In this document: positions 37,837 through 50,182 of the stretch, in pieces | How the letters are laid out: each line of letters opens with the position of its first letter | How positions within the stretch are numbered: the stretch's first letter is position 1 | From: Zoogloea sp. | Lineage (GTDB): Bacteria > Pseudomonadota > Gammaproteobacteria > Burkholderiales > Rhodocyclaceae | Length of the DNA stretch: 64,000 bases | NCBI RefSeq assembly: GCF_041916735.1 | Contig: NZ_JAYRYY010000017.1 | Strand: one strand, 5' to 3' | Notes under the pieces: model-generated | What the model was told of the DNA's origin: nothing | Database searches by the model: none | The model's input: only the letters and a program-made list of their open reading frames with translations | Translations under genes and position numbers: made by a program

Positions 37837-38262
37837 ATGACAATGCGCTTCATGTTGGCCGGAGCCGCCCTGCTGCTGGGCAGCCAGATGGCAATGGCCC
37901 AGGCGAATCTGGGGGAGTTGCTGGAGCAGGGCGCAAAACGCCTCGACAAGGCCGAGGTGCAGGCGCTGCTGGTGGGCGCCACCCTGTCAGGGCCGACCAC
38001 CACGGGGGGCGATGTGCGCCTGGAGGTGAAGGCCGATGGCAGCCTCAGCGGCAATATCCGGGGTGTCCGATCCGTTGGCGTGATGGGCACCTGGAAGCTT
38101 GAGGACGACGGCCAGTTCTGCACCGACCTGACCAGCGCCGGGTCGCGGTCGATGCAGATTGCGTCCTGTAATCACTATTACCGCCGGGGGAGCGATTACT
38201 TTGCGGTGGATGCAGCCGCCACGCCCGATACCCTGGTCCGTCGGCGTGAGGTGAGCCGCTAG
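37837..38262 (+). CDS. Hypothetical secreted protein (DUF995-like beta domain)
   Basis: Signal peptide [21 protein letters not shown]; L...EV.ALL.G.T, G.W.L.DDGQFC; AAAGGA RBS. Confidence 0.65.
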   Translation: MTMRFMLAGAALLLGSQMAMAQANLGELLEQGAKRLDKAEVQALLVGATLSGPTTTGGDVRLEVKADGSLSGNIRGVRSVGVMGTWKLEDDGQFCTDLTSAGSRSMQIASCNHYYRRGSDYFAVDAAATPDTLVRRREVSR

Positions 38263-38277
38263 GCCGTCAGCTTGCGC

Positions 38278-38978
<701 letters not shown>

Positions 38979-38982
<4 letters not shown>

Positions 38983-40199
38983 GAGCGGATCGCCTGAACC
39001 GGGTCCATGCGCGAAGCGCGGCGGGCCGGGATGAGCGCCGACAACAGCCCCACGCAGGTGGCCACCAGCGCCGCCATGACGATGAAGCGCGGCTCCAGCT
39101 CGGCGGCAAAGAGGGGCTGGCCATCAGCGTTGCGATAGATCGCCGAAAACACATTGAGCAGGGTGAAGGCCAGCGCGCTGCCGAGCACTGAGCCCACCGC
39201 CCCCACCACCGCCCCCTGGATCAGGAAGACCTGCAGGATCATGCTGCGGCTGGCGCCCATGGCCCGCAGGATGCCGATCTCCTTCTGCTTCTGCACCACA
39301 CTCACCACCAGCACGCTGGCAATGCCCAGGGCCACGATGATGACCACGAAGCTGCGGATCAGGTTGTTGGACACCGACTGGTTGCGCAGGGCCGCGAGCA
39401 GCTGGGCGTTGGTCTGCATCCAGCTTTCCACGGTGAGGCCGGTGGCACCCCGCAGGCGATCCGCCACCGGCTGGGCCTCGAAAATGTCGGCCACGGTGAG
39501 ATCGAGATTGGAGACCCCGCCCGGCAGATCGAGCAGGCTCTGGGCCAGGGGCAGGGTCACGAAGACCCAGCGGCGGTTGAGATCCTTGTTGCCGATGTCG
39601 AAGATGCCGCCCACCTGCAACAGCTCGTCGCGACCGTTGGGCAGGGCCACGCGGAGTTTGTCATCCATGCGGATGCCCAGATCCTTGGCCAGTTCGCTGC
39701 CGATGACCGCCCGGGTGCCTTCCACGGCGAAGCGCCCGGCCACCATGTATTCCTCCATGCGCACGATGCGCCGGTAGCGTTCGGCATCAATGCCCATCAG
39801 GGCCACCGATTTGTTGGCCTGACCCCGCACCGCGAAGGCCGGGCCGGTCACCACCGGCGATACCGCGGTCACGCCGGGCATGTCGGCGGCCAGACGGGCG
39901 ATGTTTTCCCACTGATCAATGGAGCGCAGGCGCTGGGCACGGGGTTCGATGATGGAGGCAAAGCCGTCGTCGTCGATGGCCCGGCGGTTGGTCTCCTCGG
40001 CCGGTCGGATCACCACATGGGCCTGGCTGCCCAGCACCCGGTCCACGATCTGGGCCTGCAACTGGGTGATGAGCTGGGTCAGAAAGACGATCACCGCCAC
40101 GCCACCGGTGGTGCCGGCGAGGATCAGCAGGGTCTGCATGCGCCCCTCGCGCAGAAAGCGCAGGGCCACCAGCGGGGCAAAGGGGAGCCGGAACTTCAT
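38979..40199 (-). CDS. ABC transporter permease (MacB/FtsX-like)
   Basis: One TM, a large periplasmic domain, then three TMs; [10 protein letters not shown]. Confidence 0.92.
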
Positions 40200-40233
40200 C
40201 GTGCAAAATGTGGAGAGTAGGCGGCGGCCGCCA

Positions 40234-41472
40234 TCAGCGGGTCATGCCCTGGGGCACCTGCACGCCGGACACCTTGGGCTTGCGAGCCTCGCGGATGCGG
40301 ACCCGGTCACCCTCAAGGGCGCCGCTGGCGGGCAGTATCACTTCGTCGCCCTCGGCCAGACCACTCACCACCTCGACACGGCCGATGCCGCTCAGGCCGA
40401 GGCCGACCGCGGCACGTGTGGCGATGCCGTCCCGGGCCACCAGCACCCAGGGCTTGCCGCTGTCCACGTCGCGCACCGCCTCGGCGGGCAAAACCAGGGT
40501 GGCGTCCCGGTGACCGGTGATGGTCTCGACCGAGACCGTCATGTCCGGGCGCAGGAAGGCTTGGGCCGCGAGCACTCGAAAGCGCGTCTCGACGGTGCCG
40601 CGCTGGGGGTCCACCGCCGGTGCCAGATAGTAAAGCTCGGCGTCGAAAGGCTGGGCCGGAAAGGCGTCGGCCACGCCCCGGGCCTTCTGGCCGGGCTTGA
40701 GGAGGCGCAGGTTCTTCTCGTCGACGGTGGCGTAGACGCGGGTCTCGCCGGCCTCGGCGAGCTCCAGCAGCACCTTGCCGGCTGTGGCCACGTCACCGGG
40801 CTCGGCCTTGCGGGTCAGCACCACGCCGGCGGCCGGGGCGGTCAGGGTGAGCTGGGCAGCACGGGCGCGGGCATTGACGAGTTGGGCACGGGCCTGGTCC
40901 ACCCGGGCGCGGGCGGCCTCGCGTTCGCTCCCCCCGGCCTGCTGGGCGGCCAACTGGGCGCGGGCCGTGTCGGCGGCGGAACTGGCATTGGCCGCGTTGC
41001 GCAGGGCGTCGTCGGCCTTTGACTGGGCGTAGAAACCCTTGGCCACCAGCTGGCGGGCGCGTTCGGCTTCGGCCAGCGCCACCTTGCGGTTGGCCTCCGC
41101 CTGGGCGAGCTGTTGGGCGGCCACGGGCCGGGCCACGGTCTCGATCTGGGTGAGGCGCGCCTCGGCTTCGGCCAGAGCAGCGCCGGCCTGCGCCACCAGG
41201 GCTTCGGCATCATCGGCACGCAGACGGGCCAGCACCTGGCCCGGTCGAACGGGATCGCCCTCGCGCACGCGAACCTCCAGCACCGTGGCCGCCACCGGGC
41301 TGCCAATGACGATGCGCGCCGGCGTGGCGATACGGCCGGTGGCCACCACCGACTGGGTGAGCGGCGCGCGGACAACGCGGGCCACCTCCACGTCGCGTCC
41401 CCGGGGCCACAGCACGGCCGCGGCCACAACGCCGACCGCAGCCAGCGCAAGGATCACAATGCGGCGCTTCAT
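40234..41472 (-). CDS. Efflux periplasmic adaptor (MacA/HlyD-like membrane fusion protein)
   Basis: N-terminal anchor, lipoyl halves (V.EGD.V..GQ.LA; AP..G.V), helical hairpin, LRPDMTV. Confidence 0.92.
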   Translation of the reverse strand: MKRRIVILALAAVGVVAAAVLWPRGRDVEVARVVRAPLTQSVVATGRIATPARIVIGSPVAATVLEVRVREGDPVRPGQVLARLRADDAEALVAQAGAALAEAEARLTQIETVARPVAAQQLAQAEANRKVALAEAERARQLVAKGFYAQSKADDALRNAANASSAADTARAQLAAQQAGGSEREAARARVDQARAQLVNARARAAQLTLTAPAAGVVLTRKAEPGDVATAGKVLLELAEAGETRVYATVDEKNLRLLKPGQKARGVADAFPAQPFDAELYYLAPAVDPQRGTVETRFRVLAAQAFLRPDMTVSVETITGHRDATLVLPAEAVRDVDSGKPWVLVARDGIATRAAVGLGLSGIGRVEVVSGLAEGDEVILPASGALEGDRVRIREARKPKVSGVQVPQGMTR

Positions 41473-41963
41473 GCCGGCTCAGCCAGCAGTTTGTCGAGGA
41501 GAGCGTGGAGCTTGGGAAAGTCGGGCTCGCCCAGGAACTTCTGAACGACACGGCCCTGGCGGTCGATCACGAAGGTGGTGGGCGTCAGGCGCACCTCTTC
41601 GAAACCCTTGGCGGCCTCGCCGGTGGTGTCGAGTGCCACGGTGAAGGGCAGACCGTTGCGGGTCGCGAAATTGCGCACGTACTCGGGGGGGTCGTAACTC
41701 ATGGCGATGGCCACGGTTTCAAAGCCGCGGGGGGCAAACTTGCGATGGGTTTCCACCAGCCTGGGCATCTCGGCAACGCAACTGGTGCAGGTGGTGGCCC
41801 AGAAATTTACAAGGACCACCTTGCCCTTGAGGGCGCCCAGGCGCGCACTTTGACCGTCGAGGGTGGTGTACTTAACATCCGGCGCGGCCGGGTTGCCGCA
41901 GGCGTTAAGGAATGCAAGGAGAGCGACTGAGGCCAGAAGGCGCGTGATAGCCTTGAAAAACAT
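41469..41963 (-). CDS. TlpA-family thiol:disulfide oxidoreductase lipoprotein
   Basis: Lipobox FLNAC, VVLVNFWATTCTSC (CxxC), PTTF.ID..G. Confidence 0.9.
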   Translation of the reverse strand: MFFKAITRLLASVALLAFLNACGNPAAPDVKYTTLDGQSARLGALKGKVVLVNFWATTCTSCVAEMPRLVETHRKFAPRGFETVAIAMSYDPPEYVRNFATRNGLPFTVALDTTGEAAKGFEEVRLTPTTFVIDRQGRVVQKFLGEPDFPKLHALLDKLLAEPA

Positions 41964-41991
41964 TGTTCTTAACCGGAAGAGGAGGTGTGCC

Positions 41992-42675
41992 GTGCGTGGG
42001 ATTCTGCGAGCTTTGCTGCTGCTTGTCATCTGTGGTCAGGCCTGGGCCATCGGTCTTGCCGACCTGACCGACAAGGATGCCTCCGGCGGATTGCGGGAAG
42101 CGCTGGTCCAGGGGGCGGAGAAGGCGGTAGGACAACTGGGGAGCGATGGGGGTTTCCTCAACAACCCTAAAGTGAAGATCGGCCTGCCCGACAGCCTCGC
42201 GCCCCTGGAGGGCATGCTCCGCACCATGGGCCGCGGCAAGGATCTGGACGCCCTGGTTGCCACCATGAACAAGGCCGCCGAACAGGCCGTGCCCAAGGCC
42301 AAGCCCCTGCTCGTGGACGCGGTGCGGAAGATGAGTGTCGAGGACGCCAAGAAGATCCTCACCGGCGGTGACGATGCGGCCACCCGCTACTTCAAGGACA
42401 ACACCGCCGGCGCACTGACGGAATCCTTCCTGCCCGTGGTGAAGGAAGCCACCGACAAGTTGTCCCTGTCGGCCCAGTACAACAAGTTTGCCGGCAAGGT
42501 CAGCCAGTTCGGCGCGGCCAAGGGTGACGAGTTGAAGATCGAGAACTACGTGACCCGCAAAGCCCTCGATGGCCTCTTTCTGATGATCGCCGAAGAGGAA
42601 AAGGCGATCCGCAAGGATCCGGTGGGTGCGGCGGGCGGTCTGGCCAAGAAGGTCTTCGGCGCCATCGGGCAGTAG
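41992..42675 (+). CDS. DUF4197 domain secreted protein
   Basis: GLREAL..G...AV..L...GF, M.KAAE.AV, ILTGGD.AAT.YF, YVT.KALDGLF..IAEEEK.IR.DP. Confidence 0.9.
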   Translation: MRGILRALLLLVICGQAWAIGLADLTDKDASGGLREALVQGAEKAVGQLGSDGGFLNNPKVKIGLPDSLAPLEGMLRTMGRGKDLDALVATMNKAAEQAVPKAKPLLVDAVRKMSVEDAKKILTGGDDAATRYFKDNTAGALTESFLPVVKEATDKLSLSAQYNKFAGKVSQFGAAKGDELKIENYVTRKALDGLFLMIAEEEKAIRKDPVGAAGGLAKKVFGAIGQ

Positions 42676-42712
42676 AGGCCACCGTCGCGCGTCACAGGCC
42701 GAGTCGCCGATT

Positions 42713-43402
42713 GTGCATGCTCCGCCCCGCCTGCTCGCCCTGGGTGATACCGCATTCACGGTGGAGTTTGCCGCGCAGCCCTCCGCCGACATCCAGGCCC
42801 GGGTGCTCGGCTTCGCTGCTGCGCTGGCCGAGTTCAAGGGCGCGGGCAAGCTGCCCGGGGTGATCGAGTGGGTTCCCACCTTCCGCTCCGTCACGGTGCA
42901 TTTCGATCCCGATGACTGCGACCGGCGACGCCTCGCCGCCTGCCTCGAGGCGCTCGCCGCCGAAGGCCGACGGGCCACCGGCAGCGGGCGTGAGTGGGTC
43001 ATTCCGGTGTGTTTCGAGGGCGAGTTTGCGCCCGATCTGGACTCCGTGGCGGTCGCCCGGGGTTTGAGCCGCGAGGCGGTCATCGCGCAGCTCACGGCCA
43101 CCGAGTTCACCGTCTGCATGCTTGGCTTCCTGCCCGGCTTTCCCTACCTGAACGGCCTGCCGGCCAGCCTCGAGATGCCCCGCCTCGCCACCCCGCGTCA
43201 GCGGGTGCCGGCGGGTTCGGTGGCCATCGCCGGGCGCATGGGGGCGATCTACCCCTGGGACAGCCCCGGTGGCTGGCGCCTGATGGGGCGCACTTCGGTG
43301 ACCCTGTTCGACGTCTCCCGGGCCGAGCGCCCGGCCCTCTTCGCTCCCGGCGACCGGGTACGCTGGCAAGCCGTGGGGCCGGAAGCCCTGGCCGTATCGT
43401 GA
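42713..43402 (+). CDS. pxpB: 5-oxoprolinase subunit B
   Basis: LGD.A..VEF, VP.FRS..V.FDP, IPV.F...PDL, LGFLPGF.YL, PR...P..R.PAGSV.IAG...IYP..SPGGW.L.GRT. Confidence 0.92.
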   Translation: MHAPPRLLALGDTAFTVEFAAQPSADIQARVLGFAAALAEFKGAGKLPGVIEWVPTFRSVTVHFDPDDCDRRRLAACLEALAAEGRRATGSGREWVIPVCFEGEFAPDLDSVAVARGLSREAVIAQLTATEFTVCMLGFLPGFPYLNGLPASLEMPRLATPRQRVPAGSVAIAGRMGAIYPWDSPGGWRLMGRTSVTLFDVSRAERPALFAPGDRVRWQAVGPEALAVS

Positions 43403-44421
43403 ATGCCTGCCTGGAGATCCGCTCGCCGGGCCTCGGCGTCAGCATCCAGGATGCCGGCCGCCACGCTTACCGGCACATCGGCGTGCCCCTGTCCGGTGCC
43501 CTGGACCCGGTCTTTCTGGCCGCGGCCAACGGCATGCTGGGCAATCCCGCCGACGCAGCCGGCCTCGAGGTGCTCCTCGCTGGTCCGGTACTTGAAGCCC
43601 TGCACGCTCCGGTGCGTGTCGCCCTGGCCGGGGGTATGGGTGCCTGGCGCCGGAGTCCGTCAGGCAGTCGACTTAGCGTCCCTGCCTGGTCCACGCTCAC
43701 GCTCGGGGCGGGGGAGCAGCTGCATGTGGGGGGGCCACGGGGCGTCGGCTACATTGCCGTCGAGGGCGGTCTGCTTACAGCGCCCCTGCTTGGCAGCCGT
43801 TCCACCTACGCGCGCGCCGGGCTCGTCCATCCGGGCACGCTCCTGCCCTGTCAGGCCGCACGGGAACACGTCGGCGAGCGGTGGAACACCCCGCTGCTCC
43901 ATGAAATCGGCCCGATCCGCGTCATCCTCGGCCCGCAGGATGAGCACTTCACCGCCGCGGCCCTGGAGGCCTTCCTCTCCCAACCCTTCCGGATCACCCG
44001 CGAACGGGACCGCATGGGCATGCGCCTGGCCGGCCCGCTCCTGGCCCACAGCGCGCGGGGCGCCGACATCGCCTCGGACGGCATCACCCCGGGCGCCATC
44101 CAGGTGCCGGCCGACGGACAGCCCATCCTGCTCCTGGCCGATTGCCAGACGGTGGGGGGCTACCCCAAGATTGCCACCGTGATCTCCGCCGACCTGCCAC
44201 GCCTCGCCCACCTGCAACCCGGTGAGACGATCCACTTTTGCGCCGTTGATGCCGACGGGGCTGCCGTGGCCCGGCTGGCCCAGGCCCATCGCCTTGCCGA
44301 CTGGCTGGCCGCTGCCCGGCCGGCCCATGCCGCCGACCAACCCGACACGGCCCTGCTGCTGGCGGCCAACCTGGCCGGCGCGGCGGTGCGCGGTGACGAC
44401 CCCCACCTGTGGACTGACTGA
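43399..44421 (+). CDS. pxpC: 5-oxoprolinase subunit C
   Basis: IQD.GR..Y...GVP.SGALD, LGSRST, DRMG.RL.G, SDG..PGAIQVP.DGQPI.LL.D.QT.GGYPKIA.VI..DL..LA.L.PG. Confidence 0.92.
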   Translation: MNACLEIRSPGLGVSIQDAGRHAYRHIGVPLSGALDPVFLAAANGMLGNPADAAGLEVLLAGPVLEALHAPVRVALAGGMGAWRRSPSGSRLSVPAWSTLTLGAGEQLHVGGPRGVGYIAVEGGLLTAPLLGSRSTYARAGLVHPGTLLPCQAAREHVGERWNTPLLHEIGPIRVILGPQDEHFTAAALEAFLSQPFRITRERDRMGMRLAGPLLAHSARGADIASDGITPGAIQVPADGQPILLLADCQTVGGYPKIATVISADLPRLAHLQPGETIHFCAVDADGAAVARLAQAHRLADWLAAARPAHAADQPDTALLLAANLAGAAVRGDDPHLWTD

Positions 44422-44434
44422 ACGAGACCCGGCA

Positions 44435-45211
44435 ATGACCCCCATCCTCAACCTCAATGCCGATCTGGGCGAGAGCTTTGGCGCCTGGCAGATGGGCAGC
44501 GACGCCGAACTCCTGGACTGTCTCGACAGTGCGAGCATTGCCTGCGGCTTTCATGCGGGTGATCCGCTGGTCATGCGCAACACGCTTCGTCTGGCGAAGG
44601 CGGCCAAGGTGGGCGTGGGCGCCCACCCCTCCTTCCCCGACCTGCAAGGCTTCGGCCGACGTCCCATGACGCTGCCACCGGCCGAACTCGAAGCCATCCT
44701 GATCTACCAGATGGCCGCACTTGCCGGCATGGCCCGCACGGAGGGCGTGGACATGATCCACGTCAAACCCCATGGCGCCCTGTCCAACATGGCCTGCGTG
44801 GACCCCCGTCTGGCGGAAACCGTGGCGGGCGCGATTCGTGGGTTCGATGCGCGCCTGATCCTCCTTGCGCCCGCGTGCTCCGCCCTGGCCGACGCCGGCC
44901 GTCAGGCCGGGCTGCGGGTGGTGGAAGAAATCTTTGCCGACCGGGCCTATCTTGACGACGGCAGCCTGGTGCCCCGCAGCCGCCCGGACGCCATGATCCA
45001 CGGTGCCGCCGCTTCCCTGGCCCACGTGATCGCCATGCTCCAAGCCGGAGCCCTCATTTCCGTGAATGGCACCCATCGCCCCACCCGTATCGGCAGCATC
45101 TGCGTGCACGGCGATGGCCCGGAGGCCGTGGCCACCGCCCGCACCCTCAGGGCCGGGCTGCTCGAACGGGGCTACCGTCTGGCGGGCCTGGGGGCGATTG
45201 CCGACGGCTGA
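44435..45211 (+). CDS. pxpA: 5-oxoprolinase subunit A (LamB/YcsF)
   Basis: LNADLGESFGAW.MG.D, IACGFHAGDP, GAHPSFPD..GFGRR, HVKPHGAL.N, E.FADR.Y, SIC.HGD. Confidence 0.95.
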   Translation: MTPILNLNADLGESFGAWQMGSDAELLDCLDSASIACGFHAGDPLVMRNTLRLAKAAKVGVGAHPSFPDLQGFGRRPMTLPPAELEAILIYQMAALAGMARTEGVDMIHVKPHGALSNMACVDPRLAETVAGAIRGFDARLILLAPACSALADAGRQAGLRVVEEIFADRAYLDDGSLVPRSRPDAMIHGAAASLAHVIAMLQAGALISVNGTHRPTRIGSICVHGDGPEAVATARTLRAGLLERGYRLAGLGAIADG

Positions 45212-45297
45212 GCAGCATTCCCGGTGCCTCGGCCGCCCTTGCGGAACCCCTCGCGCCGCGCCGCGTCCACCACAGGTCGCATTGAGGAAGAACAACA

Positions 45298-46584
<1,287 letters not shown>

Positions 46585-46698
46585 ACGGCGGCGGGATCGG
46601 CGACCCCGGACCCTGCACGCACCCGCCGTCATCGAATCGTCACAGGCTTGTCATCATGAGAAGGCAGGCTCGCGGCTCCGAAGCTCCGCCCGACTGCC

Positions 46699-47712
46699 GT
46701 GCTGCCCACCGACGCCGCCTATGGCTCCGACCGTTCCGGCCTGATTTCCGGCTTCCTGTTCCATCCCGGTGCCCCGGGTCAGGCCATGGACACCGTCCAG
46801 GCGGGCCATTGGCTCGCCGGGCGGGAAGCGCCGAACGGGGCCTTTGCCTGGCTGCACTTCAACCTCGCCAATGCTGCCACCGAGCGCTGGCTGCGGGAGC
46901 ACCTGGGAGACGTGGAGGCCTTTTTCGATGCCCTCCATGAGGGCTCCCGTTCGACCCGCATCGAGTACGCCCACGACGCGCTGATCGCGGTGGTCAATGA
47001 CGTGCTCTACGAGTTCGACTTCGAACCCTCGCAGATCGCCACCCTGTGGATGTGCGTGGATGAGCGCACCCTGGTCAGCGCCCGCCTGCAACCCCTGCGC
47101 TCCATCGATCGCCTGCGGGCGGCGGTGAAGAACGGCGAGACCTTTGATTCCAGCGTGGCCCTGCTGACCCACCTGCTGCGCGACCAGGCGGATGTGCTGG
47201 TCCAGATCGTCCGCGCCGCCACCGAGCGGGTGGACAAGGTGGAAGACAGTCTTCTGCTGGGCCGCGTCAAGCACAGCCGGGCGCGGCTGGGCGCCCTGCG
47301 CCGGGTGCTGGTGCGTCTGCGCCGTCTGCTCGCCCCGGAACCCGGCGCCCTCTTCCGCCTGCTCAACCAACCCCCTGGCTGGATCGCCCAGGAGGACGTA
47401 CATGAGCTGCGCCATTCCACCGAAGAGTTCTCTGCCGTGCTCGGCGACATGACCGCCGTGCAGGAGCGCATCAAGCTGTTACAGGAAGAGATCGCCGCGC
47501 AGGTGACCGAAGAGACCAATCGCAGTGTCTTCGTGCTGACCATGGTCACGGTGCTGGCGCTGCCCATCAACATGATTGCCGGCCTGCTGGGCATGAACGT
47601 GGGGGGTGTCCCGCTGGCCGAACACGCCCACGGTTTCTGGATCGTCGTGGCGATCATCGCCAGCTTCACAGTGGCGGCGGCGTGGTGGGCATTCCGGGGG
47701 CGGGAGGAGTAG
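46699..47712 (+). CDS. CorA/ZntB family divalent cation transporter
   Basis: WLH.N, two C-terminal TMs with the LLGMNVGG.P signature. Confidence 0.88.
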   Translation: MLPTDAAYGSDRSGLISGFLFHPGAPGQAMDTVQAGHWLAGREAPNGAFAWLHFNLANAATERWLREHLGDVEAFFDALHEGSRSTRIEYAHDALIAVVNDVLYEFDFEPSQIATLWMCVDERTLVSARLQPLRSIDRLRAAVKNGETFDSSVALLTHLLRDQADVLVQIVRAATERVDKVEDSLLLGRVKHSRARLGALRRVLVRLRRLLAPEPGALFRLLNQPPGWIAQEDVHELRHSTEEFSAVLGDMTAVQERIKLLQEEIAAQVTEETNRSVFVLTMVTVLALPINMIAGLLGMNVGGVPLAEHAHGFWIVVAIIASFTVAAAWWAFRGREE

Positions 47713-47812
47713 CCCCCTCCACTGTGGGGTCGAATGAACCCACTTTCCTCAATTTGATGTCGTCTGACGCCCTGAGCTCGCCCGCCGTGGCTTTCCGTTC
47801 TTCCACGTCACA

Positions 47813-48306
47813 TTGGCCGGGTCTCGCCCCGGCGGGCGACCTTCTTCTTTGTTGTACGACAAAGAAGAAGGCAAGAAAACGTACCCCGCTGTCGCGCCCC
47901 CTTCGGGGGTTCCCTCCTTCCGGCAATGCCGGGCGGGGTCTTCGCAAACTCGCCCTTCGGGCTCAAACATGCGAAGCCCTTTTTCCGCCCGTCATCACCT
48001 CCAGTCGGCGCGCCAGAGGGGAATGGAAATGAAGGTGATCAAGGGCCAGTGCCCGACTCAATTTCCGCAGGGGCTCGGTGTATCCGAAAAGCCCGTTCCG
48101 CCCCGCCGAGCAGCGCACCAGCAGGCGGGGAAGTCCGGCGCGGCTGTCTGAGCCCGAAGGGCGAGTTCCGCGCCGGCCGCCTGATGGGAGCAGCGCAGGG
48201 CAGTCATTCGCGCAGCGAATGACCGGGGTGGCCGGGTCGCCTTTCTTGCCTTCTTCTTTGGCGAAGCAAAGAAGAAGGTCGCCCGCCGGGGCGAATTCCC
48301 GGCCAA
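47813..48306. repeat. Inverted doublet of REP/MITE-like elements (REPIN-like, ~490 bp)
   Basis: 47813-47878 is nearly the reverse complement of 48242-48306; inner IR 47947-47969 vs 48145-48167 matches 22/23; each end has a CTTCTTCTTTG...CAAAGAAGAAG hairpin. Confidence 0.85.
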
Positions 48307-48377
48307 CGATACGCAAAACACCGGAAACACAGCCCGCAGGGGCGCTCACCCCATCCCGCCCCCATCCCAACAGACCG

Positions 48378-49127
48378 CTAACGCCTGACCTGCGGCCCCT
48401 TCGCCACGTTCTTGGTCAGCAGCTTCCACGCCACACCAAAAACATCATCCCCCCGTGACACGGCCTTGCGGGGCAGGGCCAAGGGGTCTTCGGCGGGGGT
48501 GGCCGCTGCGCGCACGCAGGTGGTGCCGGTAACGTAGCCCGCCGCGGCGGCTGCCTGCACGGCGCGCAGGTCGTGACTGCCGTAGGGATAGCAGAAGTGA
48601 TCCACCCGGCGGCCGAGGAGATCTTCGAGTGCCCGCTTGCTGTCGCGGGTTTCGGCGGCGATGCAGGCGTCGTCCTGCTCGGCGAGGCGCAGGTGACTCT
48701 TCGAATGGGAGCCGATGGTGAAGCCCAGGTCCTGCACCTCGCGCAGCTGGGTGGCGTTCATCAGCGGCGCGGGCTCGGGACCGACGCCGGCGTCCCAGCT
48801 GGAGGTGGTGCCGACGAGGCCGCTCACGGCATACACGGTGGCCGGGTAGCCGTGGGCCTTGAGCACCGGGGCGGCGTTGGCGAGGAAGTCCACATAGGCG
48901 TCGTCGAAGGTCAGCACCAGCGGGCGGGGCGGCAGGGCGATCTCGCCGCGCAGGCCGGCGGCGGCATCGTCGAGGCTGACCACCGAATAGCCGAGCAGCC
49001 GGAACATCTTCATCTGGGCGCGGAAACGCGGCAGATGGCAGTAGAGGGCGCCGTGGGCCTTGACCCGGCCGGGGAAGTGACCGACCCGGTGGTACATGAG
49101 GATCTGCACCTGGGTCATCGGGCGCAA
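48378..49127 (-). CDS. Polysaccharide deacetylase (NodB/CE4), copy 1
   Basis: ILMYHRV, LTFDDAY, GSHSKSH, FCYPYG. Confidence 0.9.
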   Translation of the reverse strand: MRPMTQVQILMYHRVGHFPGRVKAHGALYCHLPRFRAQMKMFRLLGYSVVSLDDAAAGLRGEIALPPRPLVLTFDDAYVDFLANAAPVLKAHGYPATVYAVSGLVGTTSSWDAGVGPEPAPLMNATQLREVQDLGFTIGSHSKSHLRLAEQDDACIAAETRDSKRALEDLLGRRVDHFCYPYGSHDLRAVQAAAAAGYVTGTTCVRAAATPAEDPLALPRKAVSRGDDVFGVAWKLLTKNVAKGPQVRR

Positions 49128-50182
49128 GCCTCGCGATAGACGGCGATGGTTCTGTCGAACATGGCGTCCTCCGTAAAGCCGGCTTCGAAGCGCTGGCGGG
49201 CGCGGGCGCCAAAGGCCGCCCGCCGGGCCGGATCCGCCAGCAGCGGGGCGATGGCGGCCGCCAGGGCTGCCGGATCGTTCGGTGCCACCAGAGCACCGCT
49301 GGCCCCGTCCTCCACCACCTCGCCGATGCCGCCGACGCGGCTGGCGACGATGGGCAGGGCGCAGGCCGAGGCTTCAAGCAGGGTCAGAGACAGGGCTTCG
49401 CGCCGTGATGGGGCCAGTAGCAGATCAGAGGCTGCGAGCAGGGCCGGCACATCCTCCCGCAACCCGAGGAAACGGACCCGCTCGGCAATGCCGAGTTCCC
49501 GCGCCAGTGCCTGCATCTGCGGCCCCAGGTCGCCATGATGATCACCGGCCAGCAGCAGGGTCCAGCGTTGTTCGCGCAGGCGGGCCAGGGCGTGCAGGGC
49601 GGTGTCGTGGCCTTTGGCCGGGACGATGCGGGCTGCCATCAGCAGGCACGGTTCGTCGTCGGCCAGACCGAGGCCGTGCCGGGTGGTCTGGCGGGCATCG
49701 GCGGGTAGACGCGCGGCGATGTCGGCGATGCCGTGATGCACCATGCGGATGCGCGCCGGATCGTAGCCCTGGCGCTCCAGGAAGTCGGCCACCGCGCCCG
49801 ACACGGCGATGATGCGGTCGGCCCGGCCGAAGTGCTTGCCGGCATTGTCCGAATGGGCCGTGGCCACGTTGGGCAGGCCGGCGAGGCGGGCGGCCAAGCC
49901 GGTGTACCAGGCACCACGGGTGAGATGGCCGTGGAGGAGATCCACCCGTTGGCGGCGGGCGTACAGGGCCAGGCGGACCAGGGAGGGCAGGTCATACAGC
50001 CCCAAGAGGGGCAGGTCGATGCCGTCAAAGCCGTCGGCGCGGAGCTGCTGGCCGAGCCAGCCGGCCATGGGGCCGGCATACAGGCATTCATGGCCCCGTG
50101 TGCGCAGGCCGCGCATGAGTTGCAGGGCGTGGCGCTCGGCGCCGCCGCTCTTCATGCTGCGCAGGATGGTGAGGATCTTCAC
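49115..50182 (-). CDS. Glycosyltransferase family 4
   Basis: GGAERH, PS..EALS..LLEA.A...P.VA..VGG..E; GTG start coupled to the upstream GT. Confidence 0.9.
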   Translation of the reverse strand: MKILTILRSMKSGGAERHALQLMRGLRTRGHECLYAGPMAGWLGQQLRADGFDGIDLPLLGLYDLPSLVRLALYARRQRVDLLHGHLTRGAWYTGLAARLAGLPNVATAHSDNAGKHFGRADRIIAVSGAVADFLERQGYDPARIRMVHHGIADIAARLPADARQTTRHGLGLADDEPCLLMAARIVPAKGHDTALHALARLREQRWTLLLAGDHHGDLGPQMQALARELGIAERVRFLGLREDVPALLAASDLLLAPSRREALSLTLLEASACALPIVASRVGGIGEVVEDGASGALVAPNDPAALAAAIAPLLADPARRAAFGARARQRFEAGFTEDAMFDRTIAVYREACAR

